Assembly (NCBI GenBank): GCA_044222065.1
Contig: JBGAOA010000051.1
Location: 1-31,440, forward strand
Direction: 5' to 3'
Length of the DNA: 31,440 nt
Source of the DNA: Candidatus Eiseniibacteriota bacterium
Lineage (GTDB): Bacteria > Eisenbacteria > RBG-16-71-46
Shown here: piece by piece, positions 28,960 through 31,440 of the stretch
Position numbering within the stretch: the stretch's first letter is position 1
Layout: each line of letters begins with the position of its first letter
Position numbers and translations under genes: made by a program
The notes under the pieces: generated by a model
The model's database searches: none
What the model was told of the DNA's origin: nothing
What the model saw: only the letters and a program-made list of their open reading frames with translations

Positions 28960-29877
28960 ATGAGCGGATTCGAGGACGATCGCCGGTCGGGATCGAGCGC
29001 CGTCGCGCGCGGATTCCTCGACGCGCTCGAGCGCTTCGCCGCGATGGACCGCTCGCCGACCGCGCTCGCGTTCCGCGACGCCGTGTTCGCCGAACTGCGG
29101 CGCGTGCAGCTCGCGCAGCCCACGATGGCGCTCGTCCACCAGCTCGCGGTGCGCGCGCTCGACATCGTGGCGACCGCGGCGGCGCGCGGCGAGAACGCCG
29201 CCGACGCGCGCGCGCACCTCGCCGCCTCGTGCGCGGCCGAGCGCGGGGACCTCGAGTCGGCGCGCGAGGCGATCGCGAAGGTCGCGGCCACGCTGCTCGA
29301 GCGTCCCGGCGCCTGGATCGCGACGTTGTCCGCGAGCGGCACGGTCGCGGCGGCGATCCTCGAAGCGCAACGCGCCGGGCGGAAGCCGCGCGCGCTCGTC
29401 GCCGAGGGCCGCCCGGGATTCGAGGGGCGCGAGATGGCGGCGCGGCTCGCCGCCGCAGGCGTCCCGGTGTGGCTCGTCGCGGACGCCGCGCTGCCGCTGC
29501 TCCTCTCGCAGGCGTCCCAGGTCTGGATCGGCGCGGACGCCGTCACCGACGCGGGCGTGATCAACAAGATCGGCTCGTTCGCCGCGGCCCTCGCCGCGCG
29601 CGAGCACGCCGTGCCCGTGTACGCGCTCGCCGAGCGCCGCAAGTTCATCCCGGCGACGACGCCGGCGCTGCGCATCGTCGAGATGCCCTCGGGCGAGGTC
29701 TGGGACGCGCCCGCGAAGGGCGTCGAGCCGCGCAACGTCTACTTCGAGCTCGTGCCGATGGGCCTGCTGCGCGGCATCGTGGTCGAGGACGGCGTGCTCG
29801 GGGCGAGCGAAGCCGCGACGACGGCGCGCGAGCGCGCGCTGCCCGAGGAACTCGCGGCGCTGCCCGAAGGCGGCTGA
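28960..29877 (+). CDS. eIF-2B alpha/beta/delta-family protein (aIF-2B-like)
   Basis: QPTMA, TLSASGTV, EGRPGFEG, VADAA, GADAV, INKIGS, RNVYFE motifs of the IF-2B family; GAGG SD before ATG 28960. Confidence 0.85.
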   Translation: MSGFEDDRRSGSSAVARGFLDALERFAAMDRSPTALAFRDAVFAELRRVQLAQPTMALVHQLAVRALDIVATAAARGENAADARAHLAASCAAERGDLESAREAIAKVAATLLERPGAWIATLSASGTVAAAILEAQRAGRKPRALVAEGRPGFEGREMAARLAAAGVPVWLVADAALPLLLSQASQVWIGADAVTDAGVINKIGSFAAALAAREHAVPVYALAERRKFIPATTPALRIVEMPSGEVWDAPAKGVEPRNVYFELVPMGLLRGIVVEDGVLGASEAATTARERALPEELAALPEGG

Positions 29878-29890
29878 GCGGCGCCGCCGC

Positions 29891-31342
29891 TCAGCCCTTC
29901 ACGACGAGGAACGGCTTGAGGCGCGCGACCGGCCGCGCGAGGTCGGCGCCCGCCACGACCCGCACGACGTCCGCCACGTCCTTGTAGGCCTCGATCGTCT
30001 CCTCGCGCAGCGTGTCGCGCCCCTCGTACCGCACCGTGACGCCGAGCCCCCGGAGTTCCGCAACGAGGTCGCGCCCGCGCGTGTCGCGAACGGCCTGCGT
30101 CCGGCTCATGCGACGGCCGGCGCCGTGGCAACAGGTGCCAAACGCGTGCGCCATCGAGCCCGGCGCGCCGAGCAGCACGTACGAGTAGCGCCCCATGTCG
30201 CCCGGCACGAGCACGGGCTGTCCGACCGCGCGGTAGGTCGCGGGCACCTCGGGATGGCCGGGCGGAAACGCGCGCGTCGCGCCCTTGCGATGGACGAGGC
30301 AGCGCACGCGGCCCGCCGACGTCGCGTGAGTCTCGAACTTCGCGATGTTGTGCGCGACGTCGTACACGAGCGCGAGCCCGAGCTCCTCGGCGCTGCGGCG
30401 CAGCGTGCGCTCGAACGCGCGCCGCACCGCGTGCGCGATGCACTGGCGGTTCGCCCACGCGAAATTCGCCGCGGCGCGCATCGCGCCGAGGTAGTCCCGC
30501 GCCTCGTCCGTGCGCAGCGGCGCGCACGCGAGCTGGCGGTCCGGCAGCTCGATCCGCCACGCGGCGAGCCGCGCGACGGCGGCCCGCACGTGATCGGTGC
30601 AGACCTGGTGTCCGAGTCCGCGCGAGCCGCAGTGGATCATCACCGTGACTCCGCCCGGCTCGAGCCCGAGAGCGCGCGCGCCCTCGTCGTCCACGATCGA
30701 CTCGACCTCCTGCACCTCGAGGAAGTGATTGCCCGAACCGAGCGTGCCGAGCTGCCCGCGCCCGCGCGCCTTCGCCGCCTCGCTCACGCATTCGGGCCGC
30801 GCGTCGGCGAGCACGCCGCCTTCCTCGCAGTGGTCGAGGTCGCTCGCCCACGCCATGCCGCGCCGTTTCGCCCACGGCGCGCCGTCGCGCAGCACCGCGT
30901 CCAGCTCGCCCTTCGCGACCGCGACCGCGCCTTCGGAACCGACGCCGCACGGCACCTCGCGGTGCAGTGCGTCCGCGAGCGCCTCGATGCGCGGCGCGAG
31001 TTCCGCGCGCGTGAGCCGGCTGCGCAGCAGGCGCACGCCGCAGCCGATGTCGTAGCCGACCGCGCCGGGCGAGACGACGCCGTCGTCGGGATCGGTCGCG
31101 ATCACGCCCCCGACCGGGAGCCCGTAGCCCCAGTGCGCGTCCGGCATCGCGATGGACGCCTCGAGGACGCCGGGCAGGTGCGCCGCGTTGCACACCTGCT
31201 CGGGCGTGCGGTCACGGAACATCTGCTCGAGCATCGGCCGGTCCGCGAACATCAGCCCGGGGACGCGCATGCCGCCCGTGCGCGGGAGGCGCCAGCGGTA
31301 GTCGTCGAGGCGCTCGGCGTCCTCGAGACGCGCGCCGCTCAT
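29891..31342 (-). CDS. rtcB: RNA-splicing/repair ligase RtcB (long, archaeal-like form)
   Basis: MPDAHWGYG, GYDIGCG, GSGNHFLE, HCGSRG, YDVAHN, HRKGATRA, PGDMG, CHGAGR, AYKDV. Confidence 0.97.
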   Translation of the reverse strand: MSGARLEDAERLDDYRWRLPRTGGMRVPGLMFADRPMLEQMFRDRTPEQVCNAAHLPGVLEASIAMPDAHWGYGLPVGGVIATDPDDGVVSPGAVGYDIGCGVRLLRSRLTRAELAPRIEALADALHREVPCGVGSEGAVAVAKGELDAVLRDGAPWAKRRGMAWASDLDHCEEGGVLADARPECVSEAAKARGRGQLGTLGSGNHFLEVQEVESIVDDEGARALGLEPGGVTVMIHCGSRGLGHQVCTDHVRAAVARLAAWRIELPDRQLACAPLRTDEARDYLGAMRAAANFAWANRQCIAHAVRRAFERTLRRSAEELGLALVYDVAHNIAKFETHATSAGRVRCLVHRKGATRAFPPGHPEVPATYRAVGQPVLVPGDMGRYSYVLLGAPGSMAHAFGTCCHGAGRRMSRTQAVRDTRGRDLVAELRGLGVTVRYEGRDTLREETIEAYKDVADVVRVVAGADLARPVARLKPFLVVKG

Positions 31343-31440
31343 CGCCGTGGGGCGCGCGCCCGCGCCGGCCGCTTCGCGGCGCTCGCGCGTCCGGCGGCGC
31401 GCGCGGCGCGCGGCCGCGCGGGCGTCGCCGGCTCCGCGAG
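31339..31440 (-). CDS. C-terminal end of an upstream gene (Ala/Arg/Pro-rich tail), apparently coupled to rtcB
   Basis: Open frame LAEPATPARPRAARAAGRASAAKRPARARAPRR* ends in an ATGA overlap with the rtcB start. Confidence 0.55.
   Translation of the reverse strand, partial: LAEPATPARPRAARAAGRASAAKRPARARAPRR

Noticed and set aside
31030..31070. Intein at the RtcB DIxCG site
   Set aside because: The sequence is continuous (DIGCGVR) and the protein is normal length.

Overview
Very GC-rich bacterial chromosomal DNA from a diderm, LPS-making organism. Gene style (Bacillus-type Sdh, HprK, kinase-TolB-like-TPR protein, lipoprotein-type LptC) would fit an FCB/Gemmatimonadota/Eisenbacteria-like lineage, but that is inference only. 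The window is mostly housekeeping. A minus-strand Kdo/LPS-export/sigma-54 cluster runs kdsB-[DUF4034-like insertion]-pyrG-kdsA-kdsC-kdsD-DUF488-lptC-lptB-rpoN-hpf-hprK, with no lptA. It is followed by an accessory block (DUF3224, metallophosphoesterase, DinB, SpmAB, alpha/beta hydrolase, DMT), mdh, and the radical SAM-rne/rng-[lipoprotein]-rplU-rpmA cluster. Then come a secreted protein with an IPTL-CTERM-like tail, a locally frameshifted Ser/Thr kinase-TPR gene, sdhCAB, an eIF-2B-family gene and a long-form rtcB. I saw no tRNA, rRNA, CRISPR array or mobile element. Best leads: (i) a sigma-54 -24/-12 site overlapping a sigma-70 promoter ahead of the lptC-lptB-rpoN operon; (ii) an eIF-2B-like protein lacking the isomerase catalytic Cys, convergent with rtcB; (iii) an orphan lipoprotein built of cryptic 26-aa beta-alpha repeats; (iv) a possible leaderless uORF and a 14-bp inverted repeat ahead of pyrG. 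None is demonstrated to be a new system.
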